Shown here in pieces: positions 35,979 to 47,077 of a stretch of 64,000 nucleotides of DNA. Every line of letters starts with the position of its first letter. Within the stretch, counting starts at the first letter, position 1. The notes below the pieces were generated by a model. That model did no database searches and was not told the DNA's origin. It worked only from the letters and a program-made list of their open reading frames with translations. Made by a program: the position numbers and the translations under genes. Source of the stretch: Flavobacteriales bacterium (GTDB lineage Bacteria; Bacteroidota; Bacteroidia; Flavobacteriales_D; CAJJDF01); contig CBFHZD010000005.1 of NCBI GenBank assembly GCA_965660305.1, positions 7,886 to 71,885 on the forward strand. The letters are read 5' to 3'.

Positions 35979-37964
35979 ATGAATAAAGTTATTTATCTAA
36001 TTTTTACTTTAATTTTTACTGTTGTAAGCTGCAACACTTCTGCCCAACCTGTTATTTATGGATCGACCAGCAAAAAAGCGGAAGTACTATTTAAGAAAGG
36101 ATACACCGCCTATCGCAATAGCTATGGGGATACTAAAAAATTACAAGAAGCAGAATCCTATGTTTTAAAAGCAATAAAAAAAGACCCTGAATTTGCAGCA
36201 GCTTATTTGATGATGGGAGAAATTGAGATTTCCAAGGGAAATTTAGAGCAAGCCATTCAATATAAAGAACAAGCGCTTGCTATTAATCCTAACTATTCTA
36301 AAAACGAATACTTTTACCTTGCCAGACTTCTTATGAGAGCAGGAGAATATGAAAAGTGTAAAGAAAACTCTGTGAAATTCTTAAGCTATAAAAATACAAA
36401 TGAACACTTTCAAGCTCAAGCAAATCGAATGGTTATCAACTGTGATTTTGCCAAAGAAGCAATAAAAAATCCAGTTCCTTTTGACCCAAAAAACTTGGGT
36501 AGTAACATCAATACAGATAGAGCCGAATATTTTCCAACTTTTACTGGAGATGGTAACACAATAATTTTTACCAGGAGGATTCTTGAACCAAAAGCTGTAA
36601 GACGTGGAGGACAACAAGAGGATTTCTTTACCAGCACACAAGAAAAAGAAATTTGGAAAGAAGCTTATCCCCTTTCCAGTTCAATCAATTCCTTTTTTAA
36701 TGAGGGTGCACCCACCATTTCCGCTGACGGAAACTTTTTGATCTTTACTTCCTGCCAAGGAGTGGACGGAGAATATGGGGATAATCGACAAGGAATGGGC
36801 AGTTGCGATCTTTTTTACGCACGAAGAGTTGGTAACAAATGGGGAAAACCAAGAAATTTGGGTTCAAAAATTAATACCCGTCATTGGGAATCTCAACCAT
36901 GTTTTTCTGCAGATGGAAGAACTCTCTATTTTATTAGAGCAATAAAATCCGGAAGATCCCTGGACCCAGATCAACAAGATATTTACGTTTCGAAACTAGA
37001 AAATAGTGGGTATTGGAGTACTCCTGAAAAATTATCAAACACCATAAACACATCTATGAAAGAGGAGTCCGTTTTCATTCATCCAGATGGACAAACTCTC
37101 TATTTTGGTTCCAATGGTCACCCCGGAATGGGCGGCATGGATCTATATTTCTCTCGACTTCAAGAGGATGGGAATTGGGGCACACCCGTAAATTTAGGTT
37201 ACCCTATAAATACGAGTGGAAACGAAAACAGCATTATTGTTTCGCCTGATGGAGAACTCGCATATTTTGCTTCGGATAGAGAAGGTGGATTTGGTGAATT
37301 AGATTTATACTCTTTTGAACTGCCAGAAATGGCCAAACCAGTATACGCGTCCTACATGAAAGGAGTTGTATTTGATTCAGAATCAAAAGAAAAACTTCAG
37401 GCGACTTTCGAAATTATAGACATTACAACAAATGAAGTATTGCTTATTTCCAATTCGGATCCTATGACAGGCGAGTTTTTAGTCAACATACCAACCAATA
37501 AGAATTTGGCTATTAATGTAGCTAAAAAAGGATATTTCTTCTTTTCCAAAAACTTTACTTATCAAACCTCCAAAAAACCACAGTTCATCGACATACCATT
37601 GAGCAAGATAAAGGTGAGCGAGAAACCCTTTGTGTTGGAAAATATTTTCTTTGATGTTGCTAAATTCAATTTAAAGAATGAATCAAGAGCAGAATTGGAT
37701 AAACTCTATGAATTGATGAAACAAAACGAGGCTGTGAAAATTGAAATTGGCGGACACACCGACAGCGATGGTGACCAAAAGCTAAACCAAGAATTATCTG
37801 AAAAAAGAGCCAAATCAGTAGTAAATTACCTGGTATTGAAAGGAATAGATATTTCGCGACTGACTTATGCTGGATATGGCGCATCAAAACCAAGAGCGGA
37901 AAACAATACCGAAGAAAACAAAGCTCTCAATAGAAGAACTGAAGTAAAAATCATTGGTGCATAG
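35979..37964 (+). CDS. TPR + PD40 beta-propeller + OmpA-family peptidoglycan-binding protein
   Basis: TPR N-terminus. PD40 motifs (SCDLFYARR, GGMDLYFSR, GELDLYSF). Canonical OmpA C-terminus (IEIGGHTDSDGDQKLNQELSEKRAKSV...NRRTEVKIIG). Confidence 0.85.
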   Translation: MNKVIYLIFTLIFTVVSCNTSAQPVIYGSTSKKAEVLFKKGYTAYRNSYGDTKKLQEAESYVLKAIKKDPEFAAAYLMMGEIEISKGNLEQAIQYKEQALAINPNYSKNEYFYLARLLMRAGEYEKCKENSVKFLSYKNTNEHFQAQANRMVINCDFAKEAIKNPVPFDPKNLGSNINTDRAEYFPTFTGDGNTIIFTRRILEPKAVRRGGQQEDFFTSTQEKEIWKEAYPLSSSINSFFNEGAPTISADGNFLIFTSCQGVDGEYGDNRQGMGSCDLFYARRVGNKWGKPRNLGSKINTRHWESQPCFSADGRTLYFIRAIKSGRSLDPDQQDIYVSKLENSGYWSTPEKLSNTINTSMKEESVFIHPDGQTLYFGSNGHPGMGGMDLYFSRLQEDGNWGTPVNLGYPINTSGNENSIIVSPDGELAYFASDREGGFGELDLYSFELPEMAKPVYASYMKGVVFDSESKEKLQATFEIIDITTNEVLLISNSDPMTGEFLVNIPTNKNLAINVAKKGYFFFSKNFTYQTSKKPQFIDIPLSKIKVSEKPFVLENIFFDVAKFNLKNESRAELDKLYELMKQNEAVKIEIGGHTDSDGDQKLNQELSEKRAKSVVNYLVLKGIDISRLTYAGYGASKPRAENNTEENKALNRRTEVKIIGA

Positions 37965-38054
37965 ACCAATTTAAAGCAGTCAAAACCTAAACCACTTATT
38001 GATTCATTCACCTTAAAACTAGGTGGAATAGTTTCATCTTTCTTGATATTAACC

Positions 38055-38062
38055 TATCTTTG
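38055..38062 (+). promoter_or_regulatory. -7 promoter box TATCTTTG for maeB
   Basis: Exact TAnnTTTG match 18 nt upstream of the ATG. Confidence 0.5.
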
Positions 38063-38080
38063 CACGGTTAAAACTAACGT

Positions 38081-40357
38081 ATGAACAACAAAAGAAAAAA
38101 GAGCGAAGCTCTTAAATATCATAGCCATCCCAAACCTGGAAAAATTGAGGTGGTACCCACAAAAAAGTACTCCTCACAAAGAGATTTATCCTTGGCATAC
38201 TCTCCAGGAGTTGCGCAACCTTGTTTGGAAATAGCTGAGAACAAAGACGATGTTTATAAGTACACTTCTAAAGGAAATTTGGTTGCAGTAATATCAAATG
38301 GAACTGCAGTTTTGGGTTTAGGCAACATTGGTCCAGAAGCCTCAAAACCAGTTATGGAAGGTAAAGGTGTGTTGTTCAAAATCTTTGCAGACATTGATGT
38401 CTTTGATATTGAAGTAGATACCGAAAACGTAGATGAGTTTGTAGAAACTGTAAAGAGAATTGCACCAACCTTTGGCGGAATAAATTTAGAAGATATAAAA
38501 GCGCCAGAGGCTTTCGAAATTGAAAGAAGATTGGTGGATGAGTTGGATATTCCTGTAATGCATGACGATCAACACGGTACAGCTATAATTTCGACAGCTG
38601 CATTGAAAAACGCGCTGGAAATCGCAAAAAAAGATATTTCTAAGGTGAAAATAGTTGTAAATGGTGCAGGAGCTGCAGCTATATCGTGTACGCGATTGTA
38701 CATCTCACTGGGAGCTAAGAAAGAAAACATCATCATGTGTGATAGCAAGGGTGTTATAAAGAAGAGTAGAGAAAACCTTACCACTCAGAAAGCAGAATTT
38801 GCTACCGAAAGAGAAGATGCAGAAACATTGGAAGACGCAATGAAAAATGCTGATGTTTTTGTTGGTCTGTCCAAAGGAAATATCGTTTCGCCTGCCATGC
38901 TCAAAACCATGTCGAAAAACCCAATCGTTTTTGCCATGGCAAATCCGGAGCCTGAGATAGAATATGATCTTGCGATAAAAACAAGAGAAGACATTATCAT
39001 GGCAACGGGTAGATCGGATTACCCAAACCAAGTGAACAACGTACTCGGGTTTCCTTTCATTTTTAGAGGAGCATTAGATGTAAGAGCAACCAAAATAAAT
39101 GAAGCTATGAAAATGGCTGCAGTTCATGCTCTTGCTGATCTTGCAAAGGAATCTGTGCCAGAACAAGTAAACATCACCTACAACGAAGTAAATATATCAT
39201 TTGGTAAAGATTATATCATTCCAAAACCATTTGACCAAAGATTAATCTCTGAAATACCGCCAGCTGTAGCCAAAGCAGCAATGGAAAGCGGAGTTGCCCT
39301 GCAACCGATTACCAATTGGGAAAAATACAAGCATGAGTTAGAGGACAGACTGGGAACGGGTAATAAAATTGTAAGGTTGCTTCACAACAGAGCGAAAGCA
39401 AAACCAAAAAGAGTTGTTTTTGCGGAAGCCGATCACCTAGATGTACTAAAAGCAGCTCAAGTTGTTTACGAAGAAGGAATTGCCATACCGGTTTTATTAG
39501 GAGATAAAGAAACCATTGAAGAGTTAATGGATGAAATAGGATTTGATAGTAAAATTGAAATCATTGATCCTAAATCGTATAAGGAAAGAAAAAGAAAAAG
39601 AATTTTTGCAGAGAAATACTGGGAACTGCGCCAAAGAAAAGGTGTTACCATGTTTGATGCTGACAAAATAATGCGAGAAAGAAATTATTTTGCTGCCATG
39701 ATGCTTAATGAAGGTGATGCTGATGCTTTTATTTCTGGTTACGCCAGAAAATATTCAACAGTATTAAAGCCTTTGATTGAAATTATTCCAAAAGTAGAAG
39801 GAGTGGATAGAATTTCTTCGACTAATGTAATGCTAACTAAAAGAGGCCCCATGTTCTTGTCGGATACAGCCATTACACCTAATCCTACAGGAAAAGATTT
39901 AGCTCTCATTGCAGAAATGACTGCAACAGTTGTAAAAATGTTTGGAATGACTCCTGCCCTAGCCATGTTGTCCTACTCTAATTTTGGATCAGCTGACAAC
40001 CATACTTCCAGAAAAGTGAAGGAAGCCATTGCAATTCTACACGAATGTTGCCCAGAGTTAGTTATTGATGGAGAAATACAAGCAGATTTTGCCTTAAATC
40101 CCGAAATGCTGAAAGAGAAATTTCCATTTTCAAAATTAGTAGGAAAAAATGTGAATGGATTGATTTTTCCAAATCTTGATTCAGCAAATATTAACTACAA
40201 GTTATTGAAAGAATTAAATGGAGTTGACTCAATAGGTCCAGTAATCATGGGATTAACCAAACCTGCACACATTTTACAACTAGGTGCAAGTGTGGATGAA
40301 ATCGTAAACATGACTGCCCTAGCAGTTGTAGATGCGCAAAACAAAGAAAAAAATTAA
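38081..40357 (+). CDS. maeB: NADP-dependent malic enzyme with C-terminal phosphate-acetyltransferase-like domain
   Basis: YSPGVAQPC, VISNGTAVLGLGNIG, FGGINLEDIKAP and HDDQHGTAI blocks, plus a PTA-like C-terminal half. 758 aa. Confidence 0.9.
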   Translation: MNNKRKKSEALKYHSHPKPGKIEVVPTKKYSSQRDLSLAYSPGVAQPCLEIAENKDDVYKYTSKGNLVAVISNGTAVLGLGNIGPEASKPVMEGKGVLFKIFADIDVFDIEVDTENVDEFVETVKRIAPTFGGINLEDIKAPEAFEIERRLVDELDIPVMHDDQHGTAIISTAALKNALEIAKKDISKVKIVVNGAGAAAISCTRLYISLGAKKENIIMCDSKGVIKKSRENLTTQKAEFATEREDAETLEDAMKNADVFVGLSKGNIVSPAMLKTMSKNPIVFAMANPEPEIEYDLAIKTREDIIMATGRSDYPNQVNNVLGFPFIFRGALDVRATKINEAMKMAAVHALADLAKESVPEQVNITYNEVNISFGKDYIIPKPFDQRLISEIPPAVAKAAMESGVALQPITNWEKYKHELEDRLGTGNKIVRLLHNRAKAKPKRVVFAEADHLDVLKAAQVVYEEGIAIPVLLGDKETIEELMDEIGFDSKIEIIDPKSYKERKRKRIFAEKYWELRQRKGVTMFDADKIMRERNYFAAMMLNEGDADAFISGYARKYSTVLKPLIEIIPKVEGVDRISSTNVMLTKRGPMFLSDTAITPNPTGKDLALIAEMTATVVKMFGMTPALAMLSYSNFGSADNHTSRKVKEAIAILHECCPELVIDGEIQADFALNPEMLKEKFPFSKLVGKNVNGLIFPNLDSANINYKLLKELNGVDSIGPVIMGLTKPAHILQLGASVDEIVNMTALAVVDAQNKEKN

Positions 40358-40372
40358 GATAAACTAGATAGA

Positions 40373-40921
40373 ATGACGATAGACAAAACAAACCCATGGC
40401 ACAAAGTGTCAATAGGAAATGATACTCCGGCTGTGGTGAATGGAATTATAGAAATTCCTAAGAATACAAGAGCAAAATATGAGTTGGATAAAGAATCTGG
40501 ACTGTTACTTATGGATAGAGTAATTTTTTCCTCTATGCACTACCCGGCAAATTATGGTTTTATTCCACAAACGTATTGTGACGACAAAGATCCATTAGAC
40601 ATTATGGTATTGAGTCAAATTGATGTGGTTCCCATGTGTATCGTTTCTGCCAAAGTAATTGGTGTAATGAGAATGATTGACGGTGGCGAAATGGATGATA
40701 AAATTATTGCTGTAGCTGAACACGACATGAGTGTGAATCACATGAATGACATTGGTGATTTACCTGCTCATTGGATTAAGGAATTACGTAACTTTTTTGA
40801 GGATTACAAAAAATTAGAAAACAAAGAAGTACAAGTTGAAGAGTTTCAGAACAAAGAGACTGCAATGAAAATAATCAAGCAAAGCATGGAGGACTACAAA
40901 ACTTATGTGGCTGGCAACTAA
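40373..40921 (+). CDS. ppa: inorganic pyrophosphatase (family I)
   Basis: [29 protein letters not shown] and DPLDIMVL motifs. Confidence 0.95.
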   Translation: MTIDKTNPWHKVSIGNDTPAVVNGIIEIPKNTRAKYELDKESGLLLMDRVIFSSMHYPANYGFIPQTYCDDKDPLDIMVLSQIDVVPMCIVSAKVIGVMRMIDGGEMDDKIIAVAEHDMSVNHMNDIGDLPAHWIKELRNFFEDYKKLENKEVQVEEFQNKETAMKIIKQSMEDYKTYVAGN

Positions 40922-40942
40922 TGAGAATTAAAACAGACAGAT

Positions 40943-40974
40943 AACTCCTTGATTTAAATCAAGGAGTTTTTTTT
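40943..40974 (+). terminator. rho-independent terminator after ppa
   Basis: Perfect palindrome aactccttgattt|aaatcaaggagtt followed by 8 T. It overlaps the stop codon of the convergent rnz gene. Confidence 0.75.
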
Positions 40975-41896
40975 AGCCAATTTTGTAGGTTGCTTGCTCT
41001 TCAGAAATAACAACATTTTCAAATTCTGACTGAACCTCTACAACAAACTGAGAGAAGTCTTCTTCTGAATATCGCGCAGAAAAATGGCCAATTAATAGTT
41101 GACCCACCTGAGCTTTACTTGCAATTGCTCCCGCTTGGGCAGCGGTGGAATGAAAAGTTTTTTTTGCCAAGGCAATTTCCTTTTCTAAAAAAGTAGTTTC
41201 GTGATAAAGTAGATTTACCCCTTTTATGATTGGAACTATTTTTTCTCGGTAAGCTGTATCCGAGCAAAACGCATAGCTCCTCGCCTGCTCTGGCGGAAAA
41301 GTAAACGTTTCATTAGGCACAATTTCACCGTTTTCTGTTACAAAGTCATCTCCCATTTTAATGCCATCTATTTTATAGTGAGGAACTTCATAAAACTTTA
41401 ATTTATCCGGTTTGGCTTTCCTGGGCCTAGGTTTTTCTCTGATTAAAAATCCATTAGTAAGAATCTTATGCTTCAAGGGAATTGTATGAATTTCCAAGTT
41501 TTTATCTTCATATATCGATTGACTTTCCTTGCTATTCAGCTCATGAAAAATAAGTTTATACCTCAGCTGAGTGTATGAAGCCCTCAGTTGTAACTCAATA
41601 ATTTCCTTTAATTCTGTGGGACCATAAATATGTAAATCAGACATTCTTCCCAATAAATGCATGGACGATATTAATCCCACCAACCCAAAATAATGATCTC
41701 CGTGTAAATGTGAAATAAACACCGCATTAATTTTATGAAAACTCACCTTTGCCCTCCTTAATTGAACTTGTGTACCTTCACCACAATCTATTAAAAAATA
41801 CTTATTAGAGTATTGAATCAATTGAGATGTTGGTCTTTTTTTTAAAGTGGGTAAAGCACTTCCACTTCCTAATATAGTGACTTGAAATGTATTCAA
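40973..41896 (-). CDS. rnz: ribonuclease Z
   Basis: Metallo-beta-lactamase motif ISHLHGDHYFGL; the length and the C-terminal HFS motif fit RNase Z. Confidence 0.9.
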   Translation of the reverse strand: MNTFQVTILGSGSALPTLKKRPTSQLIQYSNKYFLIDCGEGTQVQLRRAKVSFHKINAVFISHLHGDHYFGLVGLISSMHLLGRMSDLHIYGPTELKEIIELQLRASYTQLRYKLIFHELNSKESQSIYEDKNLEIHTIPLKHKILTNGFLIREKPRPRKAKPDKLKFYEVPHYKIDGIKMGDDFVTENGEIVPNETFTFPPEQARSYAFCSDTAYREKIVPIIKGVNLLYHETTFLEKEIALAKKTFHSTAAQAGAIASKAQVGQLLIGHFSARYSEEDFSQFVVEVQSEFENVVISEEQATYKIG

Positions 41897-41945
41897 TATT
41901 GTTTCTTATTTACTTCAATTAATAAAGGTGATGAGAAGGACGAGA

Positions 41946-42524
41946 TTAAAGTGATAATCTATTGATTTCTTTATACCTAAAACAATCAGTCGCGTGGTCA
42001 TTGACCATGCCCACTGCTTGCATAAAAGCGTAACAAATTGTGGAACCCACAAACTTGAAACCTCGTTTTTTCAAATCTTTACTCATCGCATCGGACTCCT
42101 CTGATGTGACAATCGCAGCAGAATTGTTTGTTAACTCATGAGTAATAACCTCATGCCCAACAAAACTCCATAAGTAGTCAGAGAAACTACCAAATTCCTT
42201 CTTTACCCGCAAGTAAGCTTGCGCATTTGTAACAGCTGCTCTTATTTTCAATTTATTCCTAACTATTCCTGTATCCAATTGTAACTCTCTAATTTTTTCT
42301 TCAGAATAATTTGCGATGAAATCCGGTTTTAATCCATCAAATGCTCTTAAATAACCTTCTTTTTTTTTGAGAATAGTAATCCAACTCAATCCAGCTTGGG
42401 CGCCTTCCAAAATAAGCTGAGCAAAAAGCTCTTGATCCTTCTTGATTGGAACTCCCCAATGCTCATCATGATATTTCACATAAACGGAATCATCGCCACA
42501 CCAGGAACATCTTGATTTTTCCAC
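41946..42524 (-). CDS. tag: DNA-3-methyladenine glycosylase I
   Basis: RCSWCGDDSVYVKYHDEHWGVP and LILEGAQAGLSW signatures. GTG start overlaps the folD stop by 1 nt. Confidence 0.9.
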   Translation of the reverse strand: MEKSRCSWCGDDSVYVKYHDEHWGVPIKKDQELFAQLILEGAQAGLSWITILKKKEGYLRAFDGLKPDFIANYSEEKIRELQLDTGIVRNKLKIRAAVTNAQAYLRVKKEFGSFSDYLWSFVGHEVITHELTNNSAAIVTSEESDAMSKDLKKRGFKFVGSTICYAFMQAVGMVNDHATDCFRYKEINRLSL

Positions 42525-43396
42525 TACTTTCTTTTAGATGCTAACAACGTATTTTTGAGTAATGAAGCAATTGTCATTGGACCAACACCACCAGGTACAG
42601 GAGTAATAAAGGAACATTTTTCGGCAACTTCGTCAAATTTCACATCACCTTTCAGACAATATCCCGATTTTTTTGTTTTATCGGCAATTCTTGTGATTCC
42701 CACATCGATAACAACAGCATTCTCCTTCACCATGTCGGCAGTAACAAATTCTGGTTTACCCAATGCAACAATCAATATGTCGGCCATCAAGGTCAATTCT
42801 TTCAAATTCACTGTTCGGCTGTGCGTGAGAGTTACAGTACTATTTCCTGGGTAAGAATTCCTACCCATCATGATACTAATTGGAGCACCTACAATGTTAC
42901 TTCTTCCCACCACAACACAGTGTTTACCGGAGGTTTCGATGTTATACCTTTCAAGTAATTGAAGAATTCCAAAAGGTGTAGCTGGTAGGAATGCAGGCAA
43001 ATTCAAAGCAGTTCTACCTATATTTTCAGGATGAAAACCATCTACATCTTTTTTAGGATTAATGGCTTGCGTTACTTTCTTTTCACTAATATGATCAGGT
43101 AGGGGAAGCTGAACAATAAATCCATCTATCTCCTCATTATTATTCAATTTATCTATTTTATGAAGCAATTCAGCTTCTGAAATAGTATCGGGAAGTCTTA
43201 CCAATGAACTCTCAAAACCTACTCGCTCACAAGCTACAACCTTAGCATTCACATAGGTTTTACTCGCTCCATTGTTACCGACCAATACAGCTGCCAAATG
43301 AGGGATTTTCTTTCCCTTCGATTTCAAATAATTGACTTCTTCCTTGATCTCGTCTTGTATCTCTAGTGAAGTTTTTTTACCGTCTATTAGTATCAT
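42524..43396 (-). CDS. folD: bifunctional methylenetetrahydrofolate dehydrogenase/cyclohydrolase
   Basis: [40 protein letters not shown] and [11 protein letters not shown] blocks. Confidence 0.95.
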   Translation of the reverse strand: MILIDGKKTSLEIQDEIKEEVNYLKSKGKKIPHLAAVLVGNNGASKTYVNAKVVACERVGFESSLVRLPDTISEAELLHKIDKLNNNEEIDGFIVQLPLPDHISEKKVTQAINPKKDVDGFHPENIGRTALNLPAFLPATPFGILQLLERYNIETSGKHCVVVGRSNIVGAPISIMMGRNSYPGNSTVTLTHSRTVNLKELTLMADILIVALGKPEFVTADMVKENAVVIDVGITRIADKTKKSGYCLKGDVKFDEVAEKCSFITPVPGGVGPMTIASLLKNTLLASKRK

Positions 43397-43464
43397 ATTT
43401 TCTTAGTCTTAAACTTTTTTTTCTTGTTCCCTTTCGTGATAAAAATTCACTCAGGAATAATTCT

Positions 43465-44808
43465 TTACATTCTTCCCTTTTGCATTTGTTTCATCTGCTT
43501 CATCATTCCCATCATCCCTTTTTTGTTGTTCATCATTTGCATCATTTTGCTCGTCTCCTTAAACTGCTTCAATAATTTGTTTACTTCTTGAATGTTTTGT
43601 CCACTTCCTTTGGCAAGTCTTTGCTTTCTTGTTCCATTAAGCACTGTTGGGTTTTCTCTCTCATGCGGTGTCATGGATAGAATAATAGCCTCAATTCCTT
43701 TGAAAGCATTTTCATCGATATCAGCATCTTTAATCTGTTTGCTCACTCCAGGAATCATGCCCATCAAATCTTTTACATTCCCCATTTTTTTAATCTGCTG
43801 AAGCTGACCTAAAAAATCGTTGAAATCAAATTTGTTTTTAGAAATTTTTGCCTGTAGTTTCTTTGCCTCTTCCTCATCAAACTGCTGCTGTACCTTTTCA
43901 ACCAAGGAAACAACATCTCCCATTCCCAATATTCTATCGGCCATTCTGCTTGGATGAAAGACATCTAAAGCGTCCATTTTTTCACCTGTACCAATGAATT
44001 TAATTGGCTTATTCACCACAGATTTAATAGAAATGGCTGCTCCACCTCTAGTATCACCGTCCAATTTTGTGAGAATTACACCGGTAAAATCCAATCTATC
44101 ATTGAATGTTTTTGCGGTATTTACTGCATCCTGACCAGTCATAGAGTCTACAACAAATAGAATTTCTTGTGGATTGATGGCAGTTTTTATTTCTTCAATC
44201 TCGGCCATCATTTTTTCATCCACAGCCAAACGACCAGCCGTATCTACTATAACCGTATTGAAACCAGCAGATTTTGCATGTTCCATTGCTGCTTTTGCAA
44301 TTTTTACGGGATTTTTCTCCTCCTTGTTCGAGTACACTTCTATCCCTAATTGATCTCCCAGCACGTGCAATTGGTCTATTGCTGCGGGACGATATACATC
44401 GCCAGCTACCAACAATACTTTTTTATTTTTCTTTTCTGTAAGATATTTGGCCAATTTACCTGTATGAGTAGTCTTTCCAGAACCTTGAAGTCCTGCCATT
44501 AAAATGACGGAAGGTTTCCCTGAGACATCCAACTCAACATTTTCGCTTCCCATTAATTTAGTAAGCTCTTCGTTGGTAATTTTTATCATCAACTGCCCAG
44601 GAGAAATTGCACTCAGTACATTCTGCCCCAGAGCTTTTTCCTTGATTGTGGTTGTAAAGTTTTTCGCTGTTTTGTAATTAACATCTGCATCTACAAGGGC
44701 TCTTCTTATTTCCTTTACAGTTTCTGCAACGTTTATTTCCGTTATCTGTCCCTGCCCTTTCAGTACCTTAAAGGCTCTTTCTAACTTATCGGATAAATTA
44801 TCAAACAT
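43465..44808 (-). CDS. ffh: signal recognition particle protein
   Basis: GLQGSGKTT P-loop, DTAGR and TKLDGD motifs, and a Met-rich M domain with a C-terminal MMGMMKQMKQM tail. Confidence 0.95.
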   Translation of the reverse strand: MFDNLSDKLERAFKVLKGQGQITEINVAETVKEIRRALVDADVNYKTAKNFTTTIKEKALGQNVLSAISPGQLMIKITNEELTKLMGSENVELDVSGKPSVILMAGLQGSGKTTHTGKLAKYLTEKKNKKVLLVAGDVYRPAAIDQLHVLGDQLGIEVYSNKEEKNPVKIAKAAMEHAKSAGFNTVIVDTAGRLAVDEKMMAEIEEIKTAINPQEILFVVDSMTGQDAVNTAKTFNDRLDFTGVILTKLDGDTRGGAAISIKSVVNKPIKFIGTGEKMDALDVFHPSRMADRILGMGDVVSLVEKVQQQFDEEEAKKLQAKISKNKFDFNDFLGQLQQIKKMGNVKDLMGMIPGVSKQIKDADIDENAFKGIEAIILSMTPHERENPTVLNGTRKQRLAKGSGQNIQEVNKLLKQFKETSKMMQMMNNKKGMMGMMKQMKQMQKGRM

Positions 44809-44877
44809 GATTATTATTTTTTCTTAATTATTAATTCTAAGTTGTGTTTCTTCCAACTCAATTTCATTCAAATATAC

Positions 44878-46635
44878 CTACATTTTTGAAGGGACTTCTA
44901 TTCCCATCAAACTCATTGTAAACTTAACCGTCTTCGCTACTTTTTCTGTCAATAGCAATCTGATGTTCTGTTTATTTTTATCTGCCTCTTTAAAAATAGA
45001 AACGGATTGATAAAAAGAGTTATAAAGTTTCACCAAATCATAGGTGTAGTTTGCCACTAAAGCCGGACTGTATGACTTTCCTGCCTCAACTATCATTTCA
45101 GGTAACTCCAGCAAATGCTTCATTATATCTATTTCACTTTGCTCAACCTCTGTCTCCAGGTTTAGTTCGGATATATTTCCTTTCTGCTTGTTTACAATGG
45201 ATTGAGTTCGAGCAAATGTGTATTGAATAAATGGTCCCGTGTTCCCATTTAAGTCAATAGATTCCTCTGGGTTGAACATCATTGATTTTTTAGGATCTAC
45301 CTTCAATAAATAATATTTAAGTCCTCCCAAACCAATTTGAGCGAATAACTTTTCCAGTTCTTCGTCCGATAAATTTTCAATTTGTCCTCTTTCCTCTGTA
45401 ATGTTTTTGGCATCTTGGATTACCTCCGCCATCAAATCATCGGCATCAACAACTGTACCTTCTCTTGATTTCATTTTTCCCGAAGGCAAGTTCACCATAC
45501 CATAGGATAAATGAAAGCACTCATCGGCAAAAGAATATCCTAATTTATTCAATATTGTAAACAATACCTTAAAATGATGCTCTTGCTCATTTCCAACTGT
45601 GTATATCATACCAACAGTTTTAGGATAATCTTCAAATCTCTTCACAGCTGTACCCACATCTTGGGTCATGTAAACAGAGGTGCCATCACCTCGAAGCAGT
45701 AGTTTATCGTCCATTTTTTCGGACGATAAATCGCACCAAACTGAACCGTCTTCTTTTTGGTATAAAACTCCTTTATCCAATCCTGATTCAACAATATCTT
45801 TTCCTAAAATATAGGTGTCACTCTCGTAGTAAAGGGAATCAAAATCTACACCCATGGTGGTGTAGGTAACATCAAACCCTCTGTAAACCCATGAATTCAT
45901 CGTTGACCACAATCTAACAACCTCTTCATCACCTTCCTCCCATTTTTTAAGCATTTCCTGAGCTTTCAAAAGAATTGGGGCTTCTTTTTCTGCCATATCT
46001 TTTTCCATACCAGATTCAACTAGGTGTTTAATTTCCTCTTTGTATTTCTGATCAAAAATTACGTAGTATTTACCCACTAATTTATCTCCTTTAAGACCAG
46101 AACTTTCTGGTGTTTCATTATTGCCATACAACTGCCAAGCCAACATGGATTTACAAATATGAATTCCTCGGTCGTTTATGATCTGAGTTTTCACTACATC
46201 ATGACCATTCGCTTCCAAAATGTTAGCCACAGAATATCCGAGAAAAATATTTCTCAAATGTCCTAAATGCAGAGGCTTATTGGTGTTGGGAGAGGAATAT
46301 TCTACGATGTAAGTTTTGTCGGTTTTTCTAGCAACCCCAAAATCTTCAATCTTCAAGATACCTTTAAATTGTTCCAACCAATACCGAGCGGTTATTTCTA
46401 AATTTAAAAACCCTTTCACTACATTAAATCCGGAAATAAAAGAGATTTCTTTTTTCAAAAACTCACCAATCATCTCACCCGATTCCACTGGATTTTTTTT
46501 CGTAATCTTAAGCAGGGGAAACACAACAAGAGTTATATCACCTTCAAAGTCAGTTTTTGTTTTTTGAAGCTGAATTAACTTATCAGTAATTTCTGGATAT
46601 AGCTCCTTGAGTTTATCTCCTATTAGTTGTTGCAT
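44878..46635 (-). CDS. argS: arginine--tRNA ligase
   Basis: SPNTNKPLHLGHLRN (HIGH-type motif), a class-I core and a C-terminal anticodon-binding domain ending ...GIEVPSKM. Confidence 0.95.
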   Translation of the reverse strand: MQQLIGDKLKELYPEITDKLIQLQKTKTDFEGDITLVVFPLLKITKKNPVESGEMIGEFLKKEISFISGFNVVKGFLNLEITARYWLEQFKGILKIEDFGVARKTDKTYIVEYSSPNTNKPLHLGHLRNIFLGYSVANILEANGHDVVKTQIINDRGIHICKSMLAWQLYGNNETPESSGLKGDKLVGKYYVIFDQKYKEEIKHLVESGMEKDMAEKEAPILLKAQEMLKKWEEGDEEVVRLWSTMNSWVYRGFDVTYTTMGVDFDSLYYESDTYILGKDIVESGLDKGVLYQKEDGSVWCDLSSEKMDDKLLLRGDGTSVYMTQDVGTAVKRFEDYPKTVGMIYTVGNEQEHHFKVLFTILNKLGYSFADECFHLSYGMVNLPSGKMKSREGTVVDADDLMAEVIQDAKNITEERGQIENLSDEELEKLFAQIGLGGLKYYLLKVDPKKSMMFNPEESIDLNGNTGPFIQYTFARTQSIVNKQKGNISELNLETEVEQSEIDIMKHLLELPEMIVEAGKSYSPALVANYTYDLVKLYNSFYQSVSIFKEADKNKQNIRLLLTEKVAKTVKFTMSLMGIEVPSKM

Positions 46636-46716
46636 GAAAATGAGTTGTTTTTACAGACCATAAAGATACGATTTGTAATGAAAATTGATAAGAATAAAAC
46701 CAAAGGATTTTTTGAA

Positions 46717-46750
46717 CAAAAAAATCCCTTTTGCTCTACGCAAAAGGGAT
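46717..46750 (-). terminator. rho-independent terminator after 46778..48316
   Basis: 11-bp stem atcccttttgc / gcaaaagggat with a 5-nt loop, then a T-run on the minus strand. Confidence 0.75.
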
Positions 46751-46777
46751 TATCAAAATTACGTGTTTATATAAGTG

Positions 46778-47077
46778 TTATCTAAATAGTGTAACAGGGA
46801 AGTTATCTGTCACCTCTTTTCCTCCATAAAACCCTTGTAAAACAACAAAATAAGTTCCTTCTGATAATTCAGCTCCATTCTGATCTGTTCCATCCCAGGT
46901 AAATTTAGCATCTTCGGATTCAAATACAATTTGTCCCCATCTGTTATATACTCGAACATTCAATGCATCATAACATCTATCATAGGCATCCTTTTTCAAA
47001 TAGAATAAATCGTTTATTCCATCGTCATTAGGAGAAAATACATTTGGTACGTTATAGGAATAAGGATCTCTTTGTAT
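46778..47077. repeat. 300-nt near-identical block (3' end of paralogue 1), partner of 48462-48761
   Basis: By-eye alignment at a constant offset of 1684 nt gives only two mismatches (46792/48476 and 46898/48582). Identity drops sharply on both sides. Confidence 0.85.
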